A stretch of DNA of 64,000 bases from the human T2T-CHM13v2.0 reference genome, Homo sapiens. The DNA lies in contig CP068257.2 of NCBI GenBank assembly GCA_009914755.4, positions 24,000,001-24,064,000 of the forward strand, read 5' to 3'. Positions 14,850-29,787 of the stretch are shown one piece after another (the first letter of the stretch is position 1; the number at the start of each line of letters is the position of its first letter). Position numbers and translations under genes: made by a program. Below the pieces are notes generated by a model that saw nothing but the letters and a program-made list of their open reading frames with translations, was not told the origin of the DNA and did no database searches.

Positions 14850-17454
14850 TGACTTTCATCTTTTACCTAAAAGAGTATTAGTCACATCTTCTCTTACAAG
14901 GTGACTCATGGCAGGTTCAAAAGGACAGGGTTGGTGGACAGAATCACCTTCACTTTTTAAACTCATTAATTTTATGAATTATATTTGTAATATGTATTTG
15001 CCAGTGGTACATTATTGAATTCATAAGTTAAATATCCATGTGAAATGTCTCTACTAGATGTTCAAAGGACCTCCTTATATCTAACCACAAACGTCAAATT
15101 TTGTTCACAAAGAAGCAAAAAGTATAATATAAATAAAATGGAACTAGAGTTCCAATGGGCTAGATTGAGTCAGTTCTGCCCTTAGTAATCATATGGTTTT
15201 AGAAAAGCTACCTTATTGTATGAGTCTTTTTTCCCTCATTTGTTAAATGAAAGGGTTTGATTTAATGATTATTTGTATTGTTTATAATTGAACATTTTAT
15301 GTTTTTAAATGGGAAAATGTACCATATTTTAGCCTGTTATAATAAAATTATGTTATATGTAGCTAAGAACATGTTTTAAAATTCTAAACTGCCTCCTTTA
15401 GAATTCTCATTGGTTAGAACAGAGCCTGTTTTGGAAGGAAGCAAGAAAATAGGCTCCAAAAATGCTGGATATTCATAAAGTTGACTGTATAGCATGTTAT
15501 AAACTTTTTGTTTGATGCAGTAGGCAACAGGAAGTTGTTGAAGGTTTTGAAGAGTGGAATAATATATCAAAAAATAATATTGGAGATAAACAATAATTTT
15601 GCCCCTTACATATAGACTAGACTTGGGAAGAAAGGGTAACTGTAAGGCAGGCCTTAGGTAATGAGATCCAGGATTAAACTGGAGGCTGTCAAAATCGTTT
15701 AGGAAAAGTAGAATCCAGAAGACATTGAAAATAGAAATTGATAAAATGCAGTGATTGATTAAATATAGGGGACATCAAAGAAATCAAAACAGTAACTCCA
15801 AGGTTGTAAACTTGTAGAACCAGAGAAATCATGGTATTTAATTGAGAAGGAATTATTTATATATATATATTTCAGGAAGCAATAAAATAGCCAACTAAAT
15901 GTGTCTCTAAAGACCATTGGAGAGTGGATGATCATGATCTGTACCTATCCCCTGTATTTAAGTGGTAAAATGGAAAGAGAAATGTATAACCACTCTGGGA
16001 AAAACATGGAGAAGATTAGTAGGAGGCAAAAAACTGAACTCTGGAAAACATACTTGTGAAAGAATATAAAAGAGCAGAGACAATGACAAAACAAGTGCCC
16101 AGAGTAATAATGGACAACCAACAGAACCAGTGTCATGGAAGCTGGGGAGGAATTTTGCAATGTCAATTGTTATCTAGAGGTCAGGAAGAATGAAGGGAAA
16201 AGATCAGGGTGAATTGTTGGGTAACCTGAGGGGATTAAAAAGTAAAGAAAAAACAAAATTAGCATTTGAATGGAACTTTACAATTGACAAAACACTTTCA
16301 GAGGAATTATTTTACTTAATTCTCATGTTAACATTACTGTGAGACCCACAGGACTATTTTTATTCACAGTGTCATAAATGAGAAACACGGGAGCTTAGAG
16401 TACTTTTAGGACTTATTCCAAGGCAGGACTTAGAGTTACTTACTCAAAATCCCACATTCTTTGCTATCTGGAAGACAAGGATAAAAAGAACATGCTGGAA
16501 AGTACCAACCAATAGTATATTTTCAGTGTCCCTGTCTCTCACCACATATAAATGCCTTCCATATTCACAACTCAAATCAAATTCAAAGCAATATTAACCT
16601 GAAGGGTAAGCCATAAGCCTGTAATAAATATTTCATGTTCTGAAAATATTATTTAACTAAATGGGAGAAATATCCAAAAATGAACACATTCCATATTGGA
16701 AGGGGTTTATTATCCAATTTAGTCATCCTAACAACATCACAGCAGATCATTTAAAATGAAAATAGAAAACATCCTCATAATTTTCTAGCCTTTTTTTTTT
16801 TTTGCTGTAAGTTCATATTAAAAGAATAACATTAATATTGTCTTAAGCAAAGATAAGTATTATTATACGTCATGCATTTCCTAAATTTCAATTATGTGTT
16901 ATTTTTAAAATTGCTATGTGTGTCTGATGATAGGACACAAGGCTGTGTTTTTCCTTCCTTTTAAAATAAATAAATAACTCTTTTAGCTGATTTCTTTGGT
17001 GCCATTTTGTAATTTCTTTTGTCTTTCACTACTTCCCAACTTTAGTTTCCATAGGAACAGGATCAATCGGAAAGCATTTGGGATTCTTTCAAAATGTTGA
17101 GTCCAAGATTTCTAATTAGGGTTCAGGCACTTATAGTTTAATTAATATGAGACTTTTTCTGTGTTTTATTTTTGAAGGTGGAAAAAACTGGGTTATGATT
17201 TCATAATATGTTTGCCTTTTCAAAGATTTTTATTAGAGATTTGGATCAAAGAGCTTTAAGATCATTTAAAAATGTGTTAATACATGCCTGAAAAAATTAA
17301 ATATATTATGCATACTATTCTTGACAGATAAGAAGACTTAAAACAATAATTATCCCAGTTAAATGCATCAAAATTAGTTGAATTATCCTTAGCTGAAAAT
17401 TGATTCTTTGAAATATAACATAAACCTAGTGTCTTCTCCTATACCTCTTTTATA

Positions 17455-17757
17455 GTTTGTTGTTGTTGTTTTTCTGAGATGGAATCTCACTCTGTCACCC
17501 AGAGTGCAGTGGTGCGGATCTCGGCTCACTGCAACCTCTGCGTCCTGGGTTCAAGCAACTCTCCTGCCTCAGCCTTCTGAGTAGCTGGGACTACAGGCCA
17601 CCCCCGACCATGCTCAGCTAATTTTTTTGTATTTTTAGTAGAGACGGGGTTTCACTATGTTGGCCAGGCTGGTCTCAAACTCCTGACCTCAAGTGATCCG
17701 CCCACCTCAGCCTCCCAAAGCCTGGGATTACAGGCCTGAGCCACTGCACCCAGCCCC
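17455..17757 (-). mobile_element. Alu SINE (antisense)
   Basis: (tgt)n/T tail, then ctgagatggaatctcactctgtcacccagagtgcagtggtgcggatctcggctcactgcaacctctgc...cctgggattacaggcctgagccactgcacccagcc. Confidence 0.9.
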
Positions 17758-18168
17758 TCTTATAGTTTTATTGTGAGAACAAGTATGGTCAATGGAAAAT
17801 AATGTAGATGATAGATTTTACTTTTAAAAAATTACCATTATGGTCACATTACGTTAGCTGTATAAGACAAAAACATCCTCAGTTTATAAAAAAAGCATTC
17901 AACTTTCTATTAACAGAGAGTGTGCTCAAGGAATTAAATCAGGAATTATCAACAGGAAGGGGATTACTTCCCCCAGGGGGTACTGTGAAATTTTATGGGA
18001 CCTATTCCATTGTCACAATGATGAGTGGTTGCTATATATTTGCTGAGCAGGGACCAGGCCTCTTAAACAGCTTGCTGTGTGCCAGACAGTCCTGCAAAAT
18101 AAAGAATTTTCCTGAGTCCCTCATTTTTCATAACTCTCCAAAGTCCTGCTGCATGTTCATATAAGTGA

Positions 18169-18625
<457 letters not shown>

Positions 18626-18707
18626 AATAACCCTATTCTTATATTCCTGTACTATTTGGAATGGTTTCTGATTTTACTTAAATCCCATTTAACATTATAA
18701 GTGTACA

Positions 18708-19022
18708 CCAGGCATGGTGGCTAATGCCTGTAATACCAGCACTTTGGGAGGTGGAGACAGAGGATCTCTTGAGGCCAAGAGTTTGAGACTAGCTGGACTG
18801 GGCAACATGGCAAGATTCCATCTCTATGAGAGTAAACATTTAAGAAAATTTGCTAGGCATGGTGGTGCATGCCTATAGTCCTAGCTACTTGGAAGGCTGA
18901 AGCAGGAGGATCCCTTGAGCCCAGAGGTTCAGTGTTACAGTGAGCTATAATCATGCCACCGCACACCAGCCTGGGTGACAGAGCAAGACATTATCTCTAA
19001 AAAAAGAAAAATAAATAAAAAT
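18708..19022 (+). mobile_element. Alu SINE (sense); forms an inverted pair with the Alu at 18320-18625 (about 80 nt apart)
   Basis: accaggcatggtggctaatgcctgtaataccagcactttgggaggtggagac...cattatctctaaaaaaagaaaaataaataaaaataagtg, with flanking repeat ataagtgtacac / ataagtgtagac. Confidence 0.9.
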
Positions 19023-19681
19023 AAGTGTAGACTTCATTGTGTCTTCTAGTGTACTCACGTATAAGCATTTATGAATTAAAATATGTATTTTTTTTATTTC
19101 TCTTTAACATTAAAGGGACATTACATTATTTCCCAAATTTTACATATATATAAATTTTATGTATATAAATTATATGTTTGTATATGTAATGTTTATTATC
19201 TATAAATTTCATTTCAGGATAATAAAGGAGGCATCAAAATTTATTATAAAATGAGGGTCTGATAGTGTTAAGAACCAATAAATTAAAATAAATGAATGCA
19301 AATTACATGTATTTCATCACTGCACTAAATTCTTAGGTTTGTGGTGGTTGAAAACAAAATTATATACTCTATTTTTAGGGAAACAGTTTTTCCCTTTCCA
19401 AGATTCATTTTTAGCTAACATGAGCAAAAAATTTAAATGGGAGAAAAATGTTAAAAAATAATTGCAGAACATGCTGCAGAATAACCGTGGATATGTATAG
19501 ATGTGGGTGTGTTTCATTAAAATCTATTTAAGTATTTTTTTTCCTTTATATGTAGTTAAGGTAAGGATAGTTTTTGAGTTATTCGGTGTCAAAATTACTT
19601 TTGGATTTTTGTGCAAACAGGCTATAAACCTGTAACATTATCAAAAATGTCAACATATAGATAAAACTTAATACTTTTTTT

Positions 19682-19985
19682 TATTTTATTTATATATTTT
19701 GAGAAGATGTCTCACTCCTGTCACCCCAGCTGGAGTGCAGTGATACAATAAAATTCACTGCAGCCTCAACCTCCTTGGCTCAAGCCATCCCTCCCACCTC
19801 AGCCTCCCGAGTAGCTGAGACTATAGGCTCATGCCACCATGCCTGGCTAGTTTTTGTTTTTGTTGTGTAGAGACAGGGTCTTGCTATGTTGCCCAAGCCA
19901 CTCTTGAAGCCCTGGGCTCAAACAGTCCTCCAGCCTCAGCCTCCCAGAGTGCTAGGATTACAGGCGTGAGCCACTGTGACCGGCC
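19682..19985 (-). mobile_element. Alu SINE (antisense)
   Basis: T-rich tail, then gagaagatgtctcactcctgtcaccccagctggagtgcagtgatac...gtgctaggattacaggcgtgagccactgtgaccggcc. Confidence 0.88.
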
Positions 19986-20155
19986 TTATTTTTATATTTT
20001 ATTTTTTTGAGACATGGTCCCACTCTGTCACCCAGGCTAGAGTGCAGTGACGTGATCATAGCTCACTGTAGCCTCAACCTCCTGGGCTTAAGTGATCCTC
20101 CTGTCTCAGCCTCTTGAGTATCTGGGATAGGAGGTGTGAGCCACCGCACCTGGCT
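19986..20155 (-). mobile_element. Truncated or monomeric Alu fragment (antisense), adjacent to the previous Alu
   Basis: tttttttgagacatggtcccactctgtcacccaggctagagtgcagtgacgtgatcatagctcactgtagcctcaacctcctgggcttaagtgatcctcctgtctcagcctcttgagtatctgggataggaggtgtgagccaccgcacctggct. This is about 170 nt, with right-arm sequence joined directly to a 5'-end-like sequence. Confidence 0.7.
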
Positions 20156-20944
20156 ATACTTAGTTTTTAATTTAACTGGTATTGTCTGTTGGTCTCATAG
20201 CCTAAGTATTGCAATACATTAAACAATAGACAGTTAATACTATATTTAAGTATATTTTATATTATATGTAAATATAGCTTATACTATTCTTAAAATACAG
20301 TACAAGAAGTTTATACATTTGATTTGAAGACAAAATATGTCCACTTTTGTTTATAACAGACATTTAATTACTTCCTATTGTGGGTTAAGTATGATGTAGA
20401 CACAATCTTGTATCAAATAGTTCCAACATCATGCTCCTAACACTATCCAATGGGAGGATCAGACATGTAAAACATCCTAATTTTTTAAAAGTCTTATAAA
20501 AAGTACTATGTCAGATAGAGAAGGTTTGACTCTGTATGGGAGGACAGAAGGGGCCAGCGAAAGCTTTACTTTTCTTGACAGTTAAGTCAGGTGTTAAATA
20601 ACATAGAAGTTCATCATTCGGCAGGGGAGTGTTGGAGAGAGGGGATTCCAGGCAGAGGGCTTGGAGAATGCAGAGAGCCAGAGTGTCTGGGAACTCCACC
20701 ATGGGTGCCTTGAACATAGGGTTTGTAAGGGGCAGTAGTCAAAGGAAGGCTGGAAAGATGGGAGCCTGTTCCGAAAGGCCATTTGAAGGAACCTGGAATT
20801 CATCTTGAAGGTAACAGGAGGCCTCTGAAGGAAGCTAAATATCAGATAGTATTTTAAGGCTCTAACCCATGTAAGAGTAAGGAGGATGAACTGCAAACTT
20901 GTCCACATCTATATTCATCCTTGTCAATTTCCCTCCTGAATCAA

Positions 20945-21375
20945 AGGAAGAGGGTTGCTATGGTTTGAATATTTGTTCCCTTCAAGACTCATGTTGAAAC
21001 ATAATCCCTAATGTAGCAGTATTAAGAGGTAGGGCCTTTAAGAAGTGATCGATTCATGAGGACTCTGCCTTCATGAATGGATTAACCCATTCATAGATTA
21101 ACAATTTAAGGAATTAATGAGTTATCATAGGAGCGGGACTGGTGGCTTTATAAGGAAAGGAAGAGAGAACTGAGCTAGCACTCTTGCACACTGAGCCCGC
21201 TCACCCTGTGATGCCCTGTACCACCTAGGGACTCTTCAGAGAGTCCCCACCAGCAAGAAGACCCTCATCAGATGTGACCCCTCTACCTTGGACTTCTCAG
21301 CCTTCATAACTGTAAGAAATAAATTCCTTTTCTTTATAAATTACCCCATTTCAGGTATTCCATTATCAGCAACAG
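20945..21375 (+). mobile_element. MaLR-type solo LTR (MLT1/MST-like, old)
   Basis: ctatggtttgaatatttgttcccttcaagactcatgttgaaacataatccctaatgtagcagtattaagaggtagggcctttaagaagtgatc...gacttctcagccttcataactgtaagaaataaattccttttctttataaattaccccatttcaggtattccattatcagcaacag parallels MaLR LTR termini. Confidence 0.45.
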
Positions 21376-21742
21376 AAAACAGATGAAGATAAGGGGTCTC
21401 TCCTACCCAAAGCTAATTTCACACCTGTGTGCATGATCCTATTTTTCCAGTCTCTTGTATTCTTTGTTGCAGCAATTAATCTCCTCTCTCTGTCATGTAT
21501 CTTCAACTTATCTTCATTACTAGTTCTCTTACCACAGGCTATAAATATGCTCAAATCTCTACAACTTAATGTAGGAAAGAACCCCACTATGATTCTCCAA
21601 GGAAACTTCTTGAAACAGTGACATATATTTATTATGTCAATTTTCTTACTGACCATTCAGCTCACTGCACATTGCCTGTTTCCCATGCCATTGAAATTAC
21701 TATCATTGTATCGCCAATAATTTACTAGTTCCTAAGTCCATG

Positions 21743-22070
21743 GCTTGCTTTATTTATTTATTTTTTATTTTACTTATTTATTTTTTTTTTGAGACAGAGT
21801 CTTTCTCTGTTTCCCAGGCGGGAGTGCAGTGGCGTGATCTCGGCTCACCACAACCTCCACTTCCTGATTTCAAGTGATTGTCCTGCCTCAGCCTCCCGAG
21901 TAGCTGGGGCTATAGGCGCACGCCATCATGCCCAGCTAATTTTTGTATTTTTTGTAGAGATGGGGTTTCACTGTGTTGGCCAGGCTGGTCTCGACCTCCT
22001 GGCCTTGTGATCTGCCCACCTCGGCCTCCCAAAGTGCTGGGATTACAGGCGTCAGCCACTGCGCCCAGCC
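21743..22070 (-). mobile_element. Alu SINE (antisense) with a perfect 14-bp target-site duplication ccatggcttgcttt
   Basis: TSD at 21729-21742 and 22070-22083. T-rich tail, then gagacagagtctttctctgtttcccaggcgggagtgcagtggcgtgatctcggctcacc...gctgggattacaggcgtcagccactgcgcccagcc. Track ORFs 21789-22010 and 21878-22087 lie inside it. Confidence 0.93.
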
Positions 22071-22989
22071 CATGGCTTGCTTTTTAAGTCAAAACCTTAC
22101 TTGACCTTTCTAGAACATCGAACATTGTTGACACTCCCTCTTTGAAAGTCTGCCATTCCGTGATTTCCATGACATCATTCTGTCCTAGTTTCTCTTATTT
22201 CTCCAATTGCCTCTTCTCAATCTCTTACATGGTTTCCTCTTGGACTTTTTCTCTCTTATTCTACTCCAGTGTTTCCTGCTCTAAATTATATTCCTCCCTA
22301 GAGAGTCACAGTGCTCCTTAGCATGTTAGAGGCTCCAATAAGTCCTTTTATACAATGGAGAACTTTGTTTAACTTGTTAACCCAGTCTTTCTCAACCCAG
22401 TGTTTCTTTATCACCATGGAATCTGTATCCCTTTGTGAAACACTAAATGTCAATGGCCAGTCTGAGGGAGAAGATGCAGGAAAAGAACGTGAAAGAAGAG
22501 AATAGTGTCACAATAGCCACAAAATGTGACAAATCATAAAATGCTACTTAATTTCATCAACATAGATTGAAGAGAAAAGTTCTATGGGTTGTCTAGAGTG
22601 TTGCCTAGGGCTTTAACAGGAAAACTTCCTAGAGGTGGTGAGACTTAAGAGGGGTCTTGAGGGTTGGAGAAAATTGTAATAGGGAGGAGACAGCACTCCC
22701 ACCCATGCCTGTACCTCCTCTCTGAGTGAGGGCTGTACAAGGGATAAGAAAGGCTACATGAACATCTCCTTTGTCCTTGACATGCCTCTGAAGATGGTAT
22801 TAAGGTTTAAAGGCAAGTGCTTGATTATGTAAGGTTGTTTTAGATCAGCATTCTCAGAACAAAATAGACTATGGAACACTTTTTAAAAGACTGTATTGCC
22901 AGACCTCCAAAGGAACTCCTAAGGTACAATGCTCACTAGTTTTAAGTAGGCACTCAAATTAATTTACCACTATAATTCATTATGATGCT

Positions 22990-23700
<711 letters not shown>

Positions 23701-23822
23701 ACAATGCTATTTTCAATTGTATATCAACATTTTAAAAAAGCAAATAATTTTAAAAAATTGCTCACCTTGTGTTATTAAATTTAGAATGCTTTATTAAGCT
23801 TATTTTGATTTTATAGTAATAG

Positions 23823-24365
<543 letters not shown>

Positions 24366-24605
24366 AGTTGTGGCTTTTAAAATCTCCTTTTAAGTTACTA
24401 TCTAGAAAAATATTTTAGGAATTGACTCTATCATTTTAAGCATCAAATATATTCATGTAATTTTTTGTTGCAGCATAATGTGAAAATTGTTTCTGCACAG
24501 TAATGTCTTTTGTGTCAGAATTGGCTACTTCAAAATCTTTTGTTCTTTAATCCCGGGCAGTTATCTCTTAATTAAAAAAATTAAAGTGGTATATTCATTA
24601 TATCA

Positions 24606-25222
24606 TAGTCTCCCCTTATCCACAGTTTTCCTTTTTGCAATTTTACCCGTGGCCAACCACAGTCGAAAAATACTAAATGAAAAGTTCAAGAAATAAACAA
24701 TTCACCTGGGATGGGAATCATCCCTTTGTCTGGTGTATTCATGCTGTAGAAGCTACCCACCTGTTAGTCACTGATATTGCCTGTTCCTGTCATCCAATCA
24801 GTGACATCGTTGTGGCTGAATGATTCGGGATCACTTGAAGCAGATGATTCTCCTTCTGATGTATTGTCAGAAGGTCAATAGTAGCCTAATGCTACCTCAC
24901 GATGCCTGTTACCCACCTCATTTTATCTCATCACGTCGGCATTTTATCTCTTACATTATTACAAGAAGGGTGAATACAGTAGAATAAGATATTTTGAGAG
25001 AGACGTCATTCACATAATTCTTATTCAGCATATTGTTATAATTGTTCTATTATTCTTGTTATTAATCTTGTACTGTGCCTAACTTATAAATTAAACTTTA
25101 TCATAAGTATGTTTGTATAGGGAAAAACAGAGTGTATATAGGGTTTGGTACTATCCATGGCTTCAGACATCCACTGGGGGTCTTGGAACGTATCTCTCAT
25201 GAATTAGGGGGGACTAGTGTGT
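24606..25222 (+). mobile_element. Tigger2-like non-autonomous DNA transposon (MITE-like, internally deleted) with terminal inverted repeats
   Basis: 5' end catagtctccccttatccacagttttcctttttgcaattttacccgtggccaaccacagtcgaaaaatactaaatgaaaagttcaagaaataaacaattcac; 3' end ggtttggtactatccatggcttcagacatccactgggggtcttggaacgtatctctcatgaattaggggggactagtg, the reverse complement of the 5' TIR. This resembles the Tigger consensus cagtagtcccccttatccgcggtttcgctttccgcggtttcagttacccgcggtcaaccgcggtccgaaaatattaaatggaaaattccagaaataaacaattcataag. Confidence 0.55.
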
Positions 25223-26623
25223 TCCATTCCATCTTCTCCATAATTCACTTCACTTCCATTCATTCAGCAAATATTTACTGAGTACCATATGGCAAGCATT
25301 GTTCTTCGCCCTTGGGATTATTAACAAAAATTAGTAGCCAAAATAAAGGGCCCCACCTTCAGTACATAAACACATATATAATGCATTAGAAGATAATAAT
25401 GCTATTTTCAATTGTATATCGTTTGAAAATATGAAAAAAGAAAAAGAAAAGCAGGATCAAAGGAATCAGGAATGTCGAAGGGGAAAGGTGAGCTGAAGGT
25501 GAGCTGAAATATTTAATAGAGAGATCAGAGGAGATTTTATTAAGGAGGTGTCCTTTGAGCAAAGACTTGAAGAAGTGAGGGAGTTAATAGACATCTAAAG
25601 GAAGAGTCTTTCAGATGGAGGAAACAGCCAGAGTCTGGCCTGATTGAGGATGAACAAGGAAGCCAGTGTCCCTGGAGCAGAGGGAGGGAAGAGTCAAGAA
25701 AAGGAGGTTCGAAAGCAATGGGCCACTTTGCATAGGACCTTCTATGCCAATGAAAGAACTTCCCCTTCTACTCTGGGGAAATGAAGAACCAGTCCAAGGT
25801 TTTGAGCAGAAGAGTGCCATGATCTGACTTAGCATTTTAAAGGGTCACTCTAGTGGATGTGTTGAGATTAGATTCCAGAAAGGCAGGACAGAAGCAGGAC
25901 AGTCAGGAGGCTATTGTAGCAATCCAAGAAAGAGATGTTAGTGCTCAGACCACAGTAGTAGCTATGGGAGGAGTGAGAAGTGGTCAGATTCGGAATGCAT
26001 TTTGAAGGTAAAGTCAGTAGGTTTTGCTAATGAATAGGAATGGGCTGTGATACGTGGGATCACTAAAGATAAATGCCAGATTTTTCTCAACCAGAGCAAT
26101 GGAATAATTGAGTTGCCATCATCTGAGGTGGAGAAGGTGGAACAGGTTTAGAAAGAAAGATGATATTTGGATGTAGAGTTTGAAATGTCTCATAAACTTT
26201 CAGGTGATAGGCATTTGGATCTGAAGTTCAGCAAAGATGTCCAGAATGGAAATATGTATTTGGGAGTGTTTAGCATGTCAGAGTGTTTAATGCCAGGAAT
26301 CTGGATCACATCATTAAAGAAGGAAATACAGATAGAGAAGTAGATTTGACCAAGGATGGGAGCCATGAGAAGAAAAACTAGGAAAGTGTGTTGTCCTGGA
26401 CGTTAAGTGTAGAAAGCGTGTTAAGAAGAAGGGTGTGATGGATTGTGTCAATTGAGGTAGTTATGGAAGGCATCATCATAAATTATGTTTTACAGAGGAC
26501 GAGACACAGCCAAAGAGGTTTTAACTATCCAAAACATATCATAGCAAGGACAAAAAAGGAGGAAGAATTTAAACCCAGGGCTTTTCCACTGTAATGAAAT
26601 AGTCATTACCTTTAAAAAGGTAG

Positions 26624-26947
26624 GGGAGGCCAGGTGTGGTGGCTTACACCTATAATCCCAGCATTTTGGGAGGCTGAAGCAAGCAGATCACTTGAGCCCA
26701 CAAGTTTGAGACCAGCTTGGGCAACACGGTGAAACCCCATTTCTACAAAAAATAGAAAAATTAGCCAGACATGTTGGCTAACAGCTGTGGTCCAGCTACT
26801 CGGAAGGCTGAGGTGGGGGATCACCTGAGCCCGGGGAGGTTGAGGCTGCAGTGACCCATGATTGCGCGCCTGCACTCCAGCCTGGGCAACAGAGTGAAAC
26901 CCTGTCTCAAAAAAAAGAAAAAAAAGAAAAAAAGAAAAAAAAAGAAG
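26624..26947 (+). mobile_element. Alu SINE (sense) with an A-rich (AAAAAG)n tail
   Basis: ggggaggccaggtgtggtggcttacacctataatcccagcattttgggaggctgaagc...cctgtctcaaaaaaaagaaaaaaaagaaaaaaagaaaaaaaaag. Track ORF 26612-26875 lies inside it. Confidence 0.92.
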
Positions 26948-27725
26948 ATGGGGGAAAAGTATAACCCTAACAATTCATTTTTCATAGAACATCCTCATAC
27001 GCGATTATTGTAGAATCATTTGTGAAATGTTCTATCTGCGTCACCACATTGGATAAAAAGCAATGTGAAGTGAGGGGAGAGGGATGAGAAGCAAGTATTT
27101 ATAGAGAATCTACTGTGTGCCAAGAGGTAGGCTAAGCAATTATGTACATGATTTTATTTCATCTTTACAACCAGCTAGGGAAGGCATTACTAGCTTCATT
27201 TTACTTAAACTGAGGCTGTAGCTTATCCAAGGTGACGTGGCTAGTAATTCACAGCACTGGGTTTCAAATACTGGGTTATGACTTCCTAAAGACAGAATGA
27301 TTCTGTTTCCATCTATAATGAAGACTAAGACTTAAGTTGCATTTCTCTAATAGACTACTCTTTTCTTACCTTGCTAGACTCTAATGTTGTCTTTTATTTA
27401 ATTTTAGATGATACTTACTCAAAAAGCCAAGCTGCTGAAAATAATAGTGGTAGAATACAATTTAGTTCTTTATCCCAATGGGGGTAAAGTCAGTTCTGAT
27501 ACCACCTTATTAAGACTAAGTGCTAAGATTATGTGCTAAGGCTGACTCTAAATAATTTCAAAACTTTTGGTAGATTCTGTCATAAATCCAGTTCTCTTCA
27601 TGCTATGACAAACATCAAACAGCCATTTCACTTGAGTTATATTACGACAATTAGACTTTTGCCTACCATATCTGGACACAAATACCTTTGTTCTTCTTTC
27701 CAATACTCAATTTGAAAGAGTTTCA

Positions 27726-28041
<316 letters not shown>

Positions 28042-28957
28042 ATTGACCTTTATCCAATAGCACAAAAACTCATTTCCTGACCATTCTAGGAAGCAGCTCC
28101 AAAGGTCCCACTGATTTTAATGTGTGCAGATATTCACTAAATTATTTATTTTATTGGTCTAGTTCACTGATCCTAAAAAAGTGCGTGTTGGTGTTAGCTC
28201 ACAGTTGGATGTGTAGGACTAGTTTTGAACTAAAAAAGTCAGAGAACTGTTTTTACCAAAAGAAAAGGGAAATTGTGGTTCCTGGATTTACAGGACCCAA
28301 GAAATCAGGGTAGCTAATTCTTAGGAATCTTGCCTGACAATTGTGAATATGACAGTTAAGCAATGCCAAACCATTGTTTCCATGTTCTGCACTTCAAAAT
28401 AAATGGTTCTTGTTTTTTGGCTTCCTGAGGACTAATCAAAGGAAGCATGAAGCAACAATGGCTGGGAAGTTTCCCTTGGTTTTCAAATTTCTTCTGTAAG
28501 CACTTGTGGTAATAGAATTTAATTAATAACACTTGTATGTAATGTAAGGGCCAAGATTTTATGAGTCATCTTCCAGCAGGAAAGTTGAAAAATAAAATTC
28601 ACACAGCTCTCATATTTTAAGAAATGAAGTTTGATAGAAAGTGTGCATGCTAAATCATTGGCCATATAAAATCTCTAGTATTTTAAAGGCTGAATATCAG
28701 ATCATGGTCCGTGGAGACCATTTCTTTCTCCCAGCTTTGTGGGTGGTAAAATCGAGAAAGCTTAGTAAACTCATTAATAAGTAGAAGCCCAAAATTATGT
28801 GGAGTGGGTTATTAGTTCCCTGTGTAAGAAAAATAATACAAAAAAAATGCTTATTCTTGCAAATTTTACAAAATGTGCATGCATTGCTAAGCCTTCCCCA
28901 CCCACCCTCACTTGGGCCTTGGTAAGTACTCTTGTAAGGGTTGGTCCCAAAACTTAA

Positions 28958-29346
<389 letters not shown>

Positions 29347-29639
29347 GAAAAGGATTCTCTTTGTTTGAGAAATGCTAAGATAACCTCATTTGCAGATTAT
29401 ACATTTAACAGATTGGTGATATTAGAGAATCCTTTTGATCTCTTTTTATGCTAATCTCTGCCAAACACATTAAACTGTTAGTGATTGTGGAAATTCACTC
29501 AGTAAAGCAGAGAAGTAAAACTACAAAGATATAAAGGAAGTTTGAAACAATACCAAACATCTACGTAGCGTGGGAGGTGGAGAGAGTTTAGTAGATGGTA
29601 GTGATGTATCTTGTCACATACATTGTTTAAGCAGCTATT

Positions 29640-29787
29640 TTTCTTTTTCTTTCTTTCTTTTTTTTTTTGTTGAGGTGGGGTCTTGCTGTGTTGCCCAAGC
29701 TTGTCTCAAACTCCTGGGCTCAAGCAATACTCCCAAATCAGCCTCCCAAGTAACTGGGATTACAGGTGCATGCCACCACATCCAGGT
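29640..29787 (-). mobile_element. Alu left-monomer-like fragment (FLAM-like or truncated Alu, antisense)
   Basis: ttgttgaggtggggtcttgctgtgttgcccaagcttgtctcaaactcctgggctcaagcaatactcccaaatcagcctcccaagtaactgggattacaggtgcatgccaccacatccagg. Track ORF 29570-29794 lies inside it. Confidence 0.7.

Noticed and set aside
20945-21375. Possibility that the LTR-like elements (here and at 349-690 and 22990-23700) form an intact provirus pair
   Set aside because: The copies are tens of kb apart and differ in family or orientation. There is no gag/pol/env-like ORF between any pair. They are solo LTRs or fragments.
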